From the NCBI GenBank assembly GCA_028706715.1, contig JAQTVQ010000002.1, forward strand, positions 3,510-67,509: a stretch of 64,000 nt of DNA, given 5' to 3'. The position numbers were made by a program, and so were the translations under genes. The notes beneath the pieces were generated by a model. It was not told where the DNA came from and searched no databases. It was given only the letters and a program-made list of their open reading frames with translations. Shown here in pieces: positions 38,375 through 47,133 of this stretch. Each line of letters begins with the position of its first letter. The first letter of the stretch is position 1. Origin of the DNA: Minisyncoccota bacterium. Its GTDB lineage: Bacteria; Patescibacteriota; Minisyncoccia; Minisyncoccales; JAQTVQ01.

Positions 38375-40033
38375 ATGAAAAGAATCAAAAAATCTTTAAA
38401 GGTTTTCTTTATCTCCTGCTTTTTTGCCGGCTTTTTATTTTTTTATGTCGCCAACGCCAACGACCTTGAAATATCTTATCCTCCCATGCCGCAAGTGGAA
38501 GCTCCGACAACGACCGAAAGCAGCTTGGAAAATTATATAAAATATTTTTTTAATTTCGCCTTCTCTGCGGCAGGACTCGTCTTGCTTGCCGCTCTTATCC
38601 AAGGAGGCCTTTCTTATCTTTCTTCGGCTGGGAACGCCGCCAAAACAAAACTGGCAAAAGAAAGGATCGTCTCCGGATTTTTGGGAGTAGCCGTTATTCT
38701 TTGTTCTTGGCTCCTTTTGTATGCGCTAAACCCGCGAATAGCCTTTTTTTCTTTTGATAAAGCCCCTGTTTCCGTTTCAATTACAGTGCCTCCGGAAGAA
38801 AAAACGGACAGCAAAAGAACTTTCTTGCAAATACCTCTCGGCGTTTTAGTTGAAAAAGCTTTAACGGGCAACGAAGCCCAAATTAAACTTGACAGCGTAA
38901 AAGGACAAAATGAAGAACTGAAAGAAAAAGCAAAAAAGCTCAAAGAGCTGAATGAAGAACTGAAAGACCTCGCTCTTTCTTGCGACTGCGGCAATTCCAC
39001 CTGCGGAAGCACAGCCGATAACTGCAAAGGAAGCGGATATGGATGCCAAATTAGCTGCGACCAAAACGCGATTAACGCAAAGATAGATGAAATAAATGTA
39101 TTTATAGAAAATCTCAAATCCTTCCAAAAAGATTACTTTGTCTCTACCAGGTGGGATTTTGATGACGGCAGAAACGAATTAAAAATAGCCGCTTCTCTCT
39201 TAACGGGCGCCTGCGACTCTCCCGTAATGACTCAAAACGATATGATGGAAGCCTCTGCGATGATAGGCCGGGACGGCCTTGAGATTAAAACTTTGAGCGG
39301 ATGGCCAAGCAATAAAATCGTCTTTGACGGAAAGACAATAGACGATCCCATTACCTTCTACTGCGAGCATCCGGATATTGACAGCGCGCTGGGGTCAACC
39401 GCTTTTGAAGACATACTTGAAATAGTCGCCATAGAAGATTATCCGGACATCGCAAGCGATCAAGCTCCGGGAAACGCCGCTCCTCCCGCAGGGAGCCAAG
39501 ATTACAGAATAAGAGACAACCAAAATAATTATCCTTATCTAAGCCAAGGAGATTCCAAAACACAATGCATTAGGTGGGTAGGATGCGGACCGACTTCTTT
39601 GGCTACCGTAATAAGATACTTCGATCCTTCAGCAACGACAACGGCAGAAAGCTTGGCAAGAGAGTTTGAATCACAGGGAAGCTTCTATTATTGTTCCTGT
39701 CTAAGTAAATCATGCTCGGGAGGAATAACCTCCGCGGCTTCCGCCTCCAGCTATGTCAGCTCAAAATACAACATCCAGTATGAAAGGCTGGCAAGAGATC
39801 CGCAAACCGTAAAAAACGAGATATTAAAAAATCGGCCGGTATTAATCGCCAGCTGCGTTTTTGGCCCTTACGCCAAATATGGAGGACATCTTTTGGTAAT
39901 TAATGGAGTAAATTATACCGGAGAGACGATAAATTATTTTTACGTTATGGATCCGTGCCACTATAACTACACCACCATCAGCTTGAAAGACCTTAGCAAG
40001 TGCGGAGCTTATATTTACAGTTTTTCTAAATAA
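38375..40033 (+). CDS. Pilin-like domain + Cys-rich domain + C39-like cysteine peptidase
   Basis: YLSSAGN...ALNP pilin; SQ...CGPTSLA, GHLLVING, VMDP catalytic set. Confidence 0.8.
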   Translation: MKRIKKSLKVFFISCFFAGFLFFYVANANDLEISYPPMPQVEAPTTTESSLENYIKYFFNFAFSAAGLVLLAALIQGGLSYLSSAGNAAKTKLAKERIVSGFLGVAVILCSWLLLYALNPRIAFFSFDKAPVSVSITVPPEEKTDSKRTFLQIPLGVLVEKALTGNEAQIKLDSVKGQNEELKEKAKKLKELNEELKDLALSCDCGNSTCGSTADNCKGSGYGCQISCDQNAINAKIDEINVFIENLKSFQKDYFVSTRWDFDDGRNELKIAASLLTGACDSPVMTQNDMMEASAMIGRDGLEIKTLSGWPSNKIVFDGKTIDDPITFYCEHPDIDSALGSTAFEDILEIVAIEDYPDIASDQAPGNAAPPAGSQDYRIRDNQNNYPYLSQGDSKTQCIRWVGCGPTSLATVIRYFDPSATTTAESLAREFESQGSFYYCSCLSKSCSGGITSAASASSYVSSKYNIQYERLARDPQTVKNEILKNRPVLIASCVFGPYAKYGGHLLVINGVNYTGETINYFYVMDPCHYNYTTISLKDLSKCGAYIYSFSK

Positions 40034-40036
40034 AAT

Positions 40037-40870
40037 ATGAAAAGAGCAACAAAAATATTTTTTATTTTCGCAACGATCTCCGTTTTTTCTTTAACCGCTA
40101 ATCTTTTTTTGCACAAAGCAAAAGCGGAAGAGAACACAAGTAGCGAGCCTCTTTCCTGCAACCAGGAAATACCGATAGGGGAGATAATAGAAGAGACGGT
40201 CGGCTTTATGGGAGGAGTAAGAAGCGACGCAATAGGCCTGCAATCTTTGTTAAAACAAGAGATTTCGGCTTCCCAAGAATTAATCTTGTCTGTGCAGTCT
40301 TGCGACATCGGCAATTGCTCTCCCTCGTGCGATCTCAAAAGTTATTCCGTATCAGACGGACAAGGAGGAGCGCAAGTTTTCTCTTACTGTGAAGCCAATA
40401 ACTGCAACGGACAAATTTGCCCTGAAAGCAAAATATCCTCCGATTTTGCCAAAGTAAAATCTATTTATGAAGAAATTGAACAAGCCCAAGAATCGGCAGA
40501 AAAAGCTATTACAAAAAAAGATTTTTCTTTTTCAATAAAGCCCTATGTCAACCCTCTTCTTCCTTTTCCCGTAGGACTTTATCCAGAAATAACGAATAAG
40601 ACAAAATCTGAAGCAATCCAAGCAAAGCTTGACGCATCTAGAGGCCTTTTTGACTCCTGCTTCTCAACCCCCCAAGAATGGCAAGAAGTTCTAGAAGGGA
40701 AAAAAATCGGCAAGGTTCTTCTTTCTTGCAGAGAGAGTCTTGATTTTGCAAAAGACGACTTGAGCCAAGAATGCAAAGACTCCTGCCTAAACGATCCTAA
40801 AGGAGAAAAATGTACCGAATGCTTGGGATGCAAAAGCGCCGGCAATTTTTTCTGCTGCACTACAAAATAA
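40037..40870 (+). CDS. Secreted Cys-rich protein
   Basis: Signal peptide (AKA), numerous Cys, EIPIGE motif shared with upstream gene. Confidence 0.7.
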   Translation: MKRATKIFFIFATISVFSLTANLFLHKAKAEENTSSEPLSCNQEIPIGEIIEETVGFMGGVRSDAIGLQSLLKQEISASQELILSVQSCDIGNCSPSCDLKSYSVSDGQGGAQVFSYCEANNCNGQICPESKISSDFAKVKSIYEEIEQAQESAEKAITKKDFSFSIKPYVNPLLPFPVGLYPEITNKTKSEAIQAKLDASRGLFDSCFSTPQEWQEVLEGKKIGKVLLSCRESLDFAKDDLSQECKDSCLNDPKGEKCTECLGCKSAGNFFCCTTK

Positions 40871-40892
40871 GAAATTAAGAAATAAACGATAT

Positions 40893-42254
40893 ATGAAAAA
40901 AATAAAACAACCGTCGGCCGTATTAACATTTTTGGTTTTGATGGGGCTGTCCTCGGCCGGAATCTGCTCCGCGGCGCTTGAATTGGCGTATCCTCCTTTG
41001 GGAAGCATCCAGCTTCCTGCCAACCCGTCTTTGGTGGAATATCTAAGGTATATCTTCGCTTTTACGGTGTTGGTATCCGGCATTATCGCTTTTGGGATGA
41101 CTGTTTCCAGCGGTATCAAGTGGCTGACTTCCGCCGGGAACGTAAGCAAAACATCAGCGGCAAAAGAAGAAATGTTTTCTTCTTTTTTGGGTATTGTTAT
41201 CGTCCTTTGCTCTTGGCTGGTTCTAAACACAATAAACCCGCAGTTGACCGCTTTCAATATTTCTCCCATACAAAAAGAAGGAGTTACCGTGACTCTGGCC
41301 AATGCCAATCCAAACGACAACCTAAGAACATACGCATCTTCTGTCAGCAAGCTAGAAGAAATCAGCCATATTGATTTTGATAAAACAAAAATAGACGTTT
41401 ACTTTTATCCCGAAGAAAACTGGAAAGAAACAAGCTCTAAAAAGACCAAGGCGTTGCCGGGAGACGTAAAAGACAGCCCAAAATCAATGGAAATAGTATG
41501 GAAAACCCCGGGAGTTCAGCTTTGTTACGTCCAAGACGGAAAAGACATTTGCGATTCCTATAACTACAACACTCCCGGCTTCGGAGAAAACGACAACAAA
41601 TACACAAAAATAAAAATTATTGATGAAAGAGGCCAAGGTGGAGATGTTGTTGTAAAATATATAGCTATCGTCTTTGAAGAAGACAATTATAAGGTGGGAG
41701 GACTGGAAATATACAAGTCGCCGGACTCTTCCGGCCAATCAGGCTCCGCATGGCCCCCGCCGCAACAACAGCAAAGCACCGCATATACCAGTCCTTTGCA
41801 GTATCCGACGACACAGCAGGGTTTTAGCAGCGCCGCGACACTAGATCTGACAGCCTATGAAGAGGACATAGACAACGGATGGGCTTCTTCAATAAAAATA
41901 TATACTTATAAGCCCAATGGAGACAATAATGGAAGAGTTGACTTGTATTCCGCCATAGAGTTCGGAGGAGAAAGCTGGGGGACAGACAGCGAAGCAACGG
42001 TAAACTTGCAGTCCGTTAATTCTTCTTTAAGCCAAAACGTTTGGTCCGTCAGTATCTCGGGGAACAGAGTTGTTGTTTTTTGCGAAAATGAAAACTGCGG
42101 AGACACAAAAAATAACAAGTGCCAAATTATTGAAGCTACCGACGCCAACTTAAATGACCAATGGATAGGGAGGTGCCAATCTCATTGGTATAACATTTGG
42201 CAAAAAAACGAACCGTGTATGAAATGCGCGGACATTAGAATCTTCAACAAATAA
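40893..42254 (+). CDS. Pilin-like domain + beta/gamma-crystallin-like beta domains
   Basis: WLTSAGN...TINP pilin; VFEEDNYK, ASSIKI, LYSAIEFGG, VWSVSI segments. Confidence 0.65.
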   Translation: MKKIKQPSAVLTFLVLMGLSSAGICSAALELAYPPLGSIQLPANPSLVEYLRYIFAFTVLVSGIIAFGMTVSSGIKWLTSAGNVSKTSAAKEEMFSSFLGIVIVLCSWLVLNTINPQLTAFNISPIQKEGVTVTLANANPNDNLRTYASSVSKLEEISHIDFDKTKIDVYFYPEENWKETSSKKTKALPGDVKDSPKSMEIVWKTPGVQLCYVQDGKDICDSYNYNTPGFGENDNKYTKIKIIDERGQGGDVVVKYIAIVFEEDNYKVGGLEIYKSPDSSGQSGSAWPPPQQQQSTAYTSPLQYPTTQQGFSSAATLDLTAYEEDIDNGWASSIKIYTYKPNGDNNGRVDLYSAIEFGGESWGTDSEATVNLQSVNSSLSQNVWSVSISGNRVVVFCENENCGDTKNNKCQIIEATDANLNDQWIGRCQSHWYNIWQKNEPCMKCADIRIFNK

Positions 42255-42261
42255 GAAAAAC

Positions 42262-42291
42262 AAAAACGGACCTTTTAAGGTCCGTTTTTTT
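42262..42291. terminator. Bidirectional intrinsic terminator
   Basis: AAAAACGGACCTT-TT-AAGGTCCGTTTTTTT between convergent genes. Confidence 0.85.
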
Positions 42292-42306
42292 ATTCTAGCT
42301 AAAAAA

Positions 42307-42750
42307 TTATAAAGGCCTTATGACTACTCTTCTTTCCGGGTTTTCTCCGATGCTTTCCGTTCTAACATCGGCGCGGTTGGCTAGCTCCAAATGGATTATC
42401 CTACGGTCAAAAGCCGAAAAGGAAGGAAGCATTTTCTCTCTTCCGGAAGATGCGACTTCATCGGCAAAGCTCCTGGCCAGTTCCTTTAAATAGTCTGTCT
42501 TTCTTTTTTTATAATCTTCTATATCCAGCTCCAAAAAAATTTCTTCTTCCGCTGTTTTTTTAATAATTTTTGACAAAAGGTGCTGGAGATCCGCCAAAGT
42601 TTGGCCGTTTTGCCCTATTAAAAGCCTTGCTTCTTCTGACTTCAAATTTACACACAAAACATTTTCTTTAAAAGAGGTTTCTGTTCCTACGGGACATCCC
42701 ATCTTGTCAAAAAAAGTTTTTATTATTTCTTCAAAGATTTTAATATCCAT
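42307..42750 (-). CDS. jag: Jag/KhpB KH + R3H protein
   Basis: LIGQNGQTL, RRIIH, TESIG, RRVVI. Confidence 0.88.
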   Translation of the reverse strand: MDIKIFEEIIKTFFDKMGCPVGTETSFKENVLCVNLKSEEARLLIGQNGQTLADLQHLLSKIIKKTAEEEIFLELDIEDYKKRKTDYLKELARSFADEVASSGREKMLPSFSAFDRRIIHLELANRADVRTESIGENPERRVVIRPL

Positions 42751-42752
42751 TT

Positions 42753-43475
42753 TTAAGCAGTTTTTTTATTAAAAACAAGATAATTTTGACCGATGGAAAA
42801 AACAGTGTTTATCAGCCAATACAGCCCCAAGCCGGAAGGAAGGGCCGCTAAAATCATTATAGTCATAATTGGAAAGAAATAAAGAGAGTATTTCTGCATC
42901 ATAAAAGAAAATTGCGCCGCTTGATCTTCGGCTCCCGGCTTTGCAGCCCCTGAAGGCATAGCGGTTTTTGTTTGGAAGTATTGAGCGGCTCCCACGACCA
43001 AAGCAAGAAGAATATTGGATTTGGAAAGATCTATCCCTAAAAACATTTGATGAATATCTTGCGGCCTTGGAATGAAAGAATATAAAAGGTCCAAGTGAGT
43101 CTGTCCCACTCCCGATTGAAAGATCTGGTAAAGGGCGATAAAAATAGGAAGCTGGATTAAAAGAGGCAAAAATCCGGAGAAAGGGTTAAACTTTTTTTCT
43201 TTATAAAGCCTCATCATCTCCTCCGCTTGCTTTTGCTTGTCTTCTTTGTATTTCTTTTGTATTTCTTTAATCTTCGGCTGAAGCTCATTCATTATTTTTT
43301 GAGACTTTAGAGCTTGCTGAGTAGGGGAGAAAAGAACTATCTTAAGAAACAATGTAGTTAAAATTATAGCCAAACCAAGACTTTGGCCCGGAAAAAAAAC
43401 ATAGAAAGAGACTATAAGGTTTACCAGGGGCTGATAGAAAAAAAGATGGAAAAAAGTACCGACAAACTCAAACAT
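42753..43475 (-). CDS. yidC: Membrane insertase YidC
   Basis: LQPKIKEIQKKY, PLLIQLPIFIALY, GLGLYW. Confidence 0.93.
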   Translation of the reverse strand: MFEFVGTFFHLFFYQPLVNLIVSFYVFFPGQSLGLAIILTTLFLKIVLFSPTQQALKSQKIMNELQPKIKEIQKKYKEDKQKQAEEMMRLYKEKKFNPFSGFLPLLIQLPIFIALYQIFQSGVGQTHLDLLYSFIPRPQDIHQMFLGIDLSKSNILLALVVGAAQYFQTKTAMPSGAAKPGAEDQAAQFSFMMQKYSLYFFPIMTIMILAALPSGLGLYWLINTVFSIGQNYLVFNKKTA

Positions 43476-43478
43476 AAA

Positions 43479-43823
43479 TTATTTCTCTAAAAATTTGATT
43501 TTTTTAAGACTGTTTTCAACAATAAGAGATTTTTCTTCGTAGCTTTTGTCTTTTATCTCCGGCCAAGCCATAAAGACTAAATCGTATCCTTTTCTAGCTC
43601 TGTCTATATTCCTCCAAATAATTTCTCTTATTTGACGTTTTATTTTATTCCTGTCCACCGCCCTCTTTGCCGTTTTCTTGCTTACTATTATTCCAAAACG
43701 GCTCCATGGCAAGCCGTTTTCAACGGCTTTTAAAAAAAGGGTTTTTTGTTTAAACCCTTTTCCTTTCTTCAAGACTTTTTCAAAATCCTTCTTTTTGGTT
43801 AGCCTGTTCTCTTTCGGCAACAT
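43479..43823 (-). CDS. rnpA: RNase P protein
   Basis: RLTKKKDF, RFGIIVSKK, AVDRNKIKR. Confidence 0.95.
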   Translation of the reverse strand: MLPKENRLTKKKDFEKVLKKGKGFKQKTLFLKAVENGLPWSRFGIIVSKKTAKRAVDRNKIKRQIREIIWRNIDRARKGYDLVFMAWPEIKDKSYEEKSLIVENSLKKIKFLEK

Positions 43824-43875
43824 ATTAATTCCTAATAATTGGCTAAAATAAAAAACCGCCCAAACCCAAAGATAT

Positions 43876-44010
43876 TTAGACGGTTAGCTTCCATCGGCCT
43901 TTTTGCCTTCTTCTTGCTAGTGTTCTTTTGCCTGCCTTGGTAGATTTTCTAGCTAAAAAGCCGTGAGTTCTTGCTCTCTTTTTCTTTTTTGGACTGTAAG
44001 TTTGGCTCAT
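43876..44010 (-). CDS. rpmH: 50S ribosomal protein L34
   Basis: [21 protein letters not shown]...RRQKGR; true start ATG at 44010. Confidence 0.95.
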   Translation of the reverse strand: MSQTYSPKKKKRARTHGFLARKSTKAGKRTLARRRQKGRWKLTV

Positions 44011-44017
44011 GCATTTA

Positions 44018-44045
44018 AATATATCAAAAAATCCTTTTTTGTCAA
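44018..44045 (-). promoter_or_regulatory. rpmH promoter TTGACA-16-TATATT (near-leaderless)
   Basis: -35 44045-44040, -10 44023-44018, ATG 7 nt downstream. Confidence 0.65.
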
Positions 44046-44075
44046 TCAAAATCGGCTTGGGAAGCTGCCAACAGC

Positions 44076-44142
44076 TTGTCCACAATTATTACACAGAAAA
44101 ATTAAAAACCTTGAAAAAGATACGGTTCTTTACTTATCCACA
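44076..44142. other. DnaA boxes upstream of dnaA (oriC part 1)
   Basis: TTGTCCACA 44076-44084; TTATCCACA 44134-44142. Confidence 0.75.
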
Positions 44143-44247
44143 GGTTATACTCTATAATAATTTCAGACAAGAAGACTCAATTGTTTTAAACAAAAAAGCC
44201 ATAACTCTAAAATTAGAAGACAATATCATTTTAAGAATAGAGAACAT

Positions 44248-45612
44248 ATGACACATCAAGAACTTTGGCAGACGGTACTGGCTCAAATCCAGTTAAACAT
44301 TTCTCCCGCTAACTTCGCTACATGGTTTACAAACACTAAAATTGTCTGCCAAGAAGAAGGAACCGTTACAGTGTCTGTCCCGAATTCTTTTGCAAAAGAA
44401 TGGCTAGAGCAAAAATACAACAAAGAAATACTAAAGATATTAAGAACTTTAGATTTATCAATTAAGGAAATCATTTATCAAATAGAGCTGCCTGCAACAA
44501 AAATAAAAGAAAACTCCAGGCGCGCTGAGACTCAAGAACTCCCCGCCGAACAGCTTGGCTTTGCCGAACTGGAAACAGACAAGGAGACAAACCTTAATTC
44601 AAAATACAGCTTCCAAAACTACATAATCGGACCGTTTAACGAGCTGGCTTATGCCGCGGCGGAAGCCATCATCAAAGAGCCCGGAAAAGCCTACAACCCT
44701 CTTTTTATTTATGGGGGAGTTGGGCTGGGAAAAACCCACCTTCTCCAGGCCGTCGGAAACGAACTGTCTAAGGGTTCTTCTCCTTACAAGGTAAAATATA
44801 TCCCTTCCGACAAATTGATTTCCGTCATTGTAAACTCTATTCGCAACAACAGTATTGAAAGCTTAAAATCAGATCTTAGAAAAGTAGACGTGTTAATCGT
44901 TGACGATGTCCAGTTTTTTGCCGGAAAAGAAAAAACACAGGAAGAGTTTTTTCATACTTTTAACGATCTTTACCAAAAAGGGAAACAAATTATCCTTTCT
45001 TCCGATCGTCCGCCAAAAGCCATTCCCGCCATAACAGAAAGACTAAAGTCGCGATTTGAAGGAGGAATGGTGGCAGATGTAAGTCTTCCGGACTACGAAA
45101 CAAGGCTGGCTATTTTAAAGCAAAAAACATTGGAAAAGAACACTGAAGTTCCTCCAAAGGTTTTAGAATATATAGCCGCAAACATCCAAAAAAATGTCAG
45201 AGAAATAGAAAGCGCTTTAAACCGGCTTTTGATTTTTCAAAAAATAAACAATAAAGTTCCCAGCTTTGAAGAGGCAAAAAAACTCTTAAGAACCATTATT
45301 GTTTCTCCTTCAAAATTCACCAATCCCACTCGCATAATACAAGCGATAAGCGAATTTTACGACCTTGAAGATAAAAGCTTGTTTTGTTCCTCTCGCAAAA
45401 AAGAATTTGTTAAGCCTCGCCAATTGGCAATGTATTTACTAAGAAAAGAGTTAAGTTTTTCTTTTCCCGCCATAGGCAGAAAATTCGGAGGGAAGGATCA
45501 CACAACCGTAATGCATGCCTGCCAGTTGATTAATCGAGAGATACAAGAGAGTGAAAGATTTTCCCAGGAGGTGGATTTGATTTTGCAAAAAATATACATT
45601 ATGGATGCTTAA
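44248..45612 (+). CDS. dnaA: Replication initiator DnaA
   Basis: YNPLFIYGGVGLGKTHL, DDVQF, RLKSRF, KDHTTVMHA. Confidence 0.98.
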   Translation: MTHQELWQTVLAQIQLNISPANFATWFTNTKIVCQEEGTVTVSVPNSFAKEWLEQKYNKEILKILRTLDLSIKEIIYQIELPATKIKENSRRAETQELPAEQLGFAELETDKETNLNSKYSFQNYIIGPFNELAYAAAEAIIKEPGKAYNPLFIYGGVGLGKTHLLQAVGNELSKGSSPYKVKYIPSDKLISVIVNSIRNNSIESLKSDLRKVDVLIVDDVQFFAGKEKTQEEFFHTFNDLYQKGKQIILSSDRPPKAIPAITERLKSRFEGGMVADVSLPDYETRLAILKQKTLEKNTEVPPKVLEYIAANIQKNVREIESALNRLLIFQKINNKVPSFEEAKKLLRTIIVSPSKFTNPTRIIQAISEFYDLEDKSLFCSSRKKEFVKPRQLAMYLLRKELSFSFPAIGRKFGGKDHTTVMHACQLINREIQESERFSQEVDLILQKIYIMDA

Positions 45613-45890
45613 TTTTTAAAAGCTGTGGATTGCTTGTTTAAAAAACTTTTACAAAACAGAGGAAAAAGAAAGAATTAAAAATGGATATTTTTACCTCTTT
45701 TTATTTTTTCTTTTCTTTATTGCAAACAACAACAAGCTACTCCTTTCTTTCCTCCTCTTACAATCCACAATTTTTTTAAATTTAAGATATTTAAAAAAAT
45801 ACATTTCCATATATTATCCACAAAGATTTTATAGGGAGTAACAATAATAATAAAATAAATTTTATAAATTAATTATTTATTATATTTATT
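45613..45890. other. oriC part 2: DnaA boxes + AT-rich unwinding element
   Basis: TGTGGATTG 45624-45632, CAATCCACA 45761-45769, TTATCCACA 45814-45822, then ACAATAATAATA and an almost pure A/T tract to 45890. Confidence 0.8.
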
Positions 45891-47039
45891 ATGAAAATCA
45901 CCTTACTGGCCAAAAACCTAAAAAAGGGCTTGGGAATAGTTGAGAAAATAACAGGAAGAGTTTCAACTTTACCCATATTAAATAATGTTTTAATTGAAGT
46001 TAAATCCAATTTTATTAAACTGTCTACAACGGATTTAGAATTGGGAATTCAATGGTGGGGGCTTTGCAAAACCGAAAGAGAAGGGAAAATAACAGTGCCT
46101 GCGAAGTTCTTTTCCCAATTAATAAATTCCCTAAACGATGAAAAAATAAACATAGAAGAAAAAAATAAAACAGTTTCCATTGAGAGCGATGCTTATAACG
46201 CTAAAGTTAAAGGAATATCAGCCGAGGACTTTCCCATTATTCCGGTTTTTTCCAAGGATATTTTTATTGAGATAAACAGTAAAAAATTAAGAGACGGCTT
46301 GGCGGAAGTTATTGATTTTACCAGTTTATCTCAAGTAAGGCCGGAAATTTCAGGAGTTTTTTTCTTTTTTACAGATAAGGATTTGAAGCTTGTTACAACC
46401 GACAGTTTTCGGCTGGCTGAAAAAACCGTAAAGTTTTCTTCCGAAAAAAAAGAAGATTATAAAAATTTATTTAAAAAAGAGATCAGTTTTATTCTTCCTC
46501 AAAAAACAGCCAAGGAATTGATTTCCATTTTAAGCGAAACGGAAAAGAACACAAAGATATATTTATCAGAGTCTCAAATTATGTTTGAAACCTCATTAAA
46601 GGAAACAGATCATCCGGAGGTTAATTTGGTTTCCAGGCTGATAGAGGGAGAATATCCGGCTTATCAAGAAATAATACCGAAAGAAAGCAAAACAAAAATT
46701 ACCGCAAAAAAAGAAGACTTTGTTAAGCAATTAAAAGTGGCCAGCTTGTTTGGAGGAAAAATAAACGAAATAAAAATCAAAACCGCTCCGGAAAAAAAGA
46801 GTTTTGAAATCTTAAGCCAAGACTCTGATTTGGGAGAAAACAGATCTGTTATATCGGCGAAAGTAGAAGGAGATAAAGATGAGGTTTCTTTTAACTGGAA
46901 GTTTCTCTTGGAAGGACTAAACCATATAAAAAGCTCTGAAGTTGTTTTTGGCTTGCAAGACAATAAAGGTCCGGCGATCTTAAGGCCGGTAGGAGATGCA
47001 AGTTATCTTTATGTGGTGATGCCTATAAACCCCGACTAA
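45891..47039 (+). CDS. dnaN: DNA polymerase III beta clamp
   Basis: LPILNNV, TDLE, TDSFRL, RLIEGEYP, YVVMPI. Confidence 0.97.
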   Translation: MKITLLAKNLKKGLGIVEKITGRVSTLPILNNVLIEVKSNFIKLSTTDLELGIQWWGLCKTEREGKITVPAKFFSQLINSLNDEKINIEEKNKTVSIESDAYNAKVKGISAEDFPIIPVFSKDIFIEINSKKLRDGLAEVIDFTSLSQVRPEISGVFFFFTDKDLKLVTTDSFRLAEKTVKFSSEKKEDYKNLFKKEISFILPQKTAKELISILSETEKNTKIYLSESQIMFETSLKETDHPEVNLVSRLIEGEYPAYQEIIPKESKTKITAKKEDFVKQLKVASLFGGKINEIKIKTAPEKKSFEILSQDSDLGENRSVISAKVEGDKDEVSFNWKFLLEGLNHIKSSEVVFGLQDNKGPAILRPVGDASYLYVVMPINPD

Positions 47040-47133
47040 TCGCGTGAAATTTATAATTTTCAGAGGCTCAATTTTAAAAAATTGAAAATTCTTAAACAAA
47101 AACATCTAATAAGATAGATGTTTTTGTTTGGGA

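Noticed and set aside
31204-42254. Integrative conjugative element or prophage
   Set aside because: No integrase, relaxase, att repeats or phage genes; embedded among housekeeping genes.
43876-44085. 69-aa version of L34
   Set aside because: Extension runs through the promoter and a DnaA box; real start is 44010.
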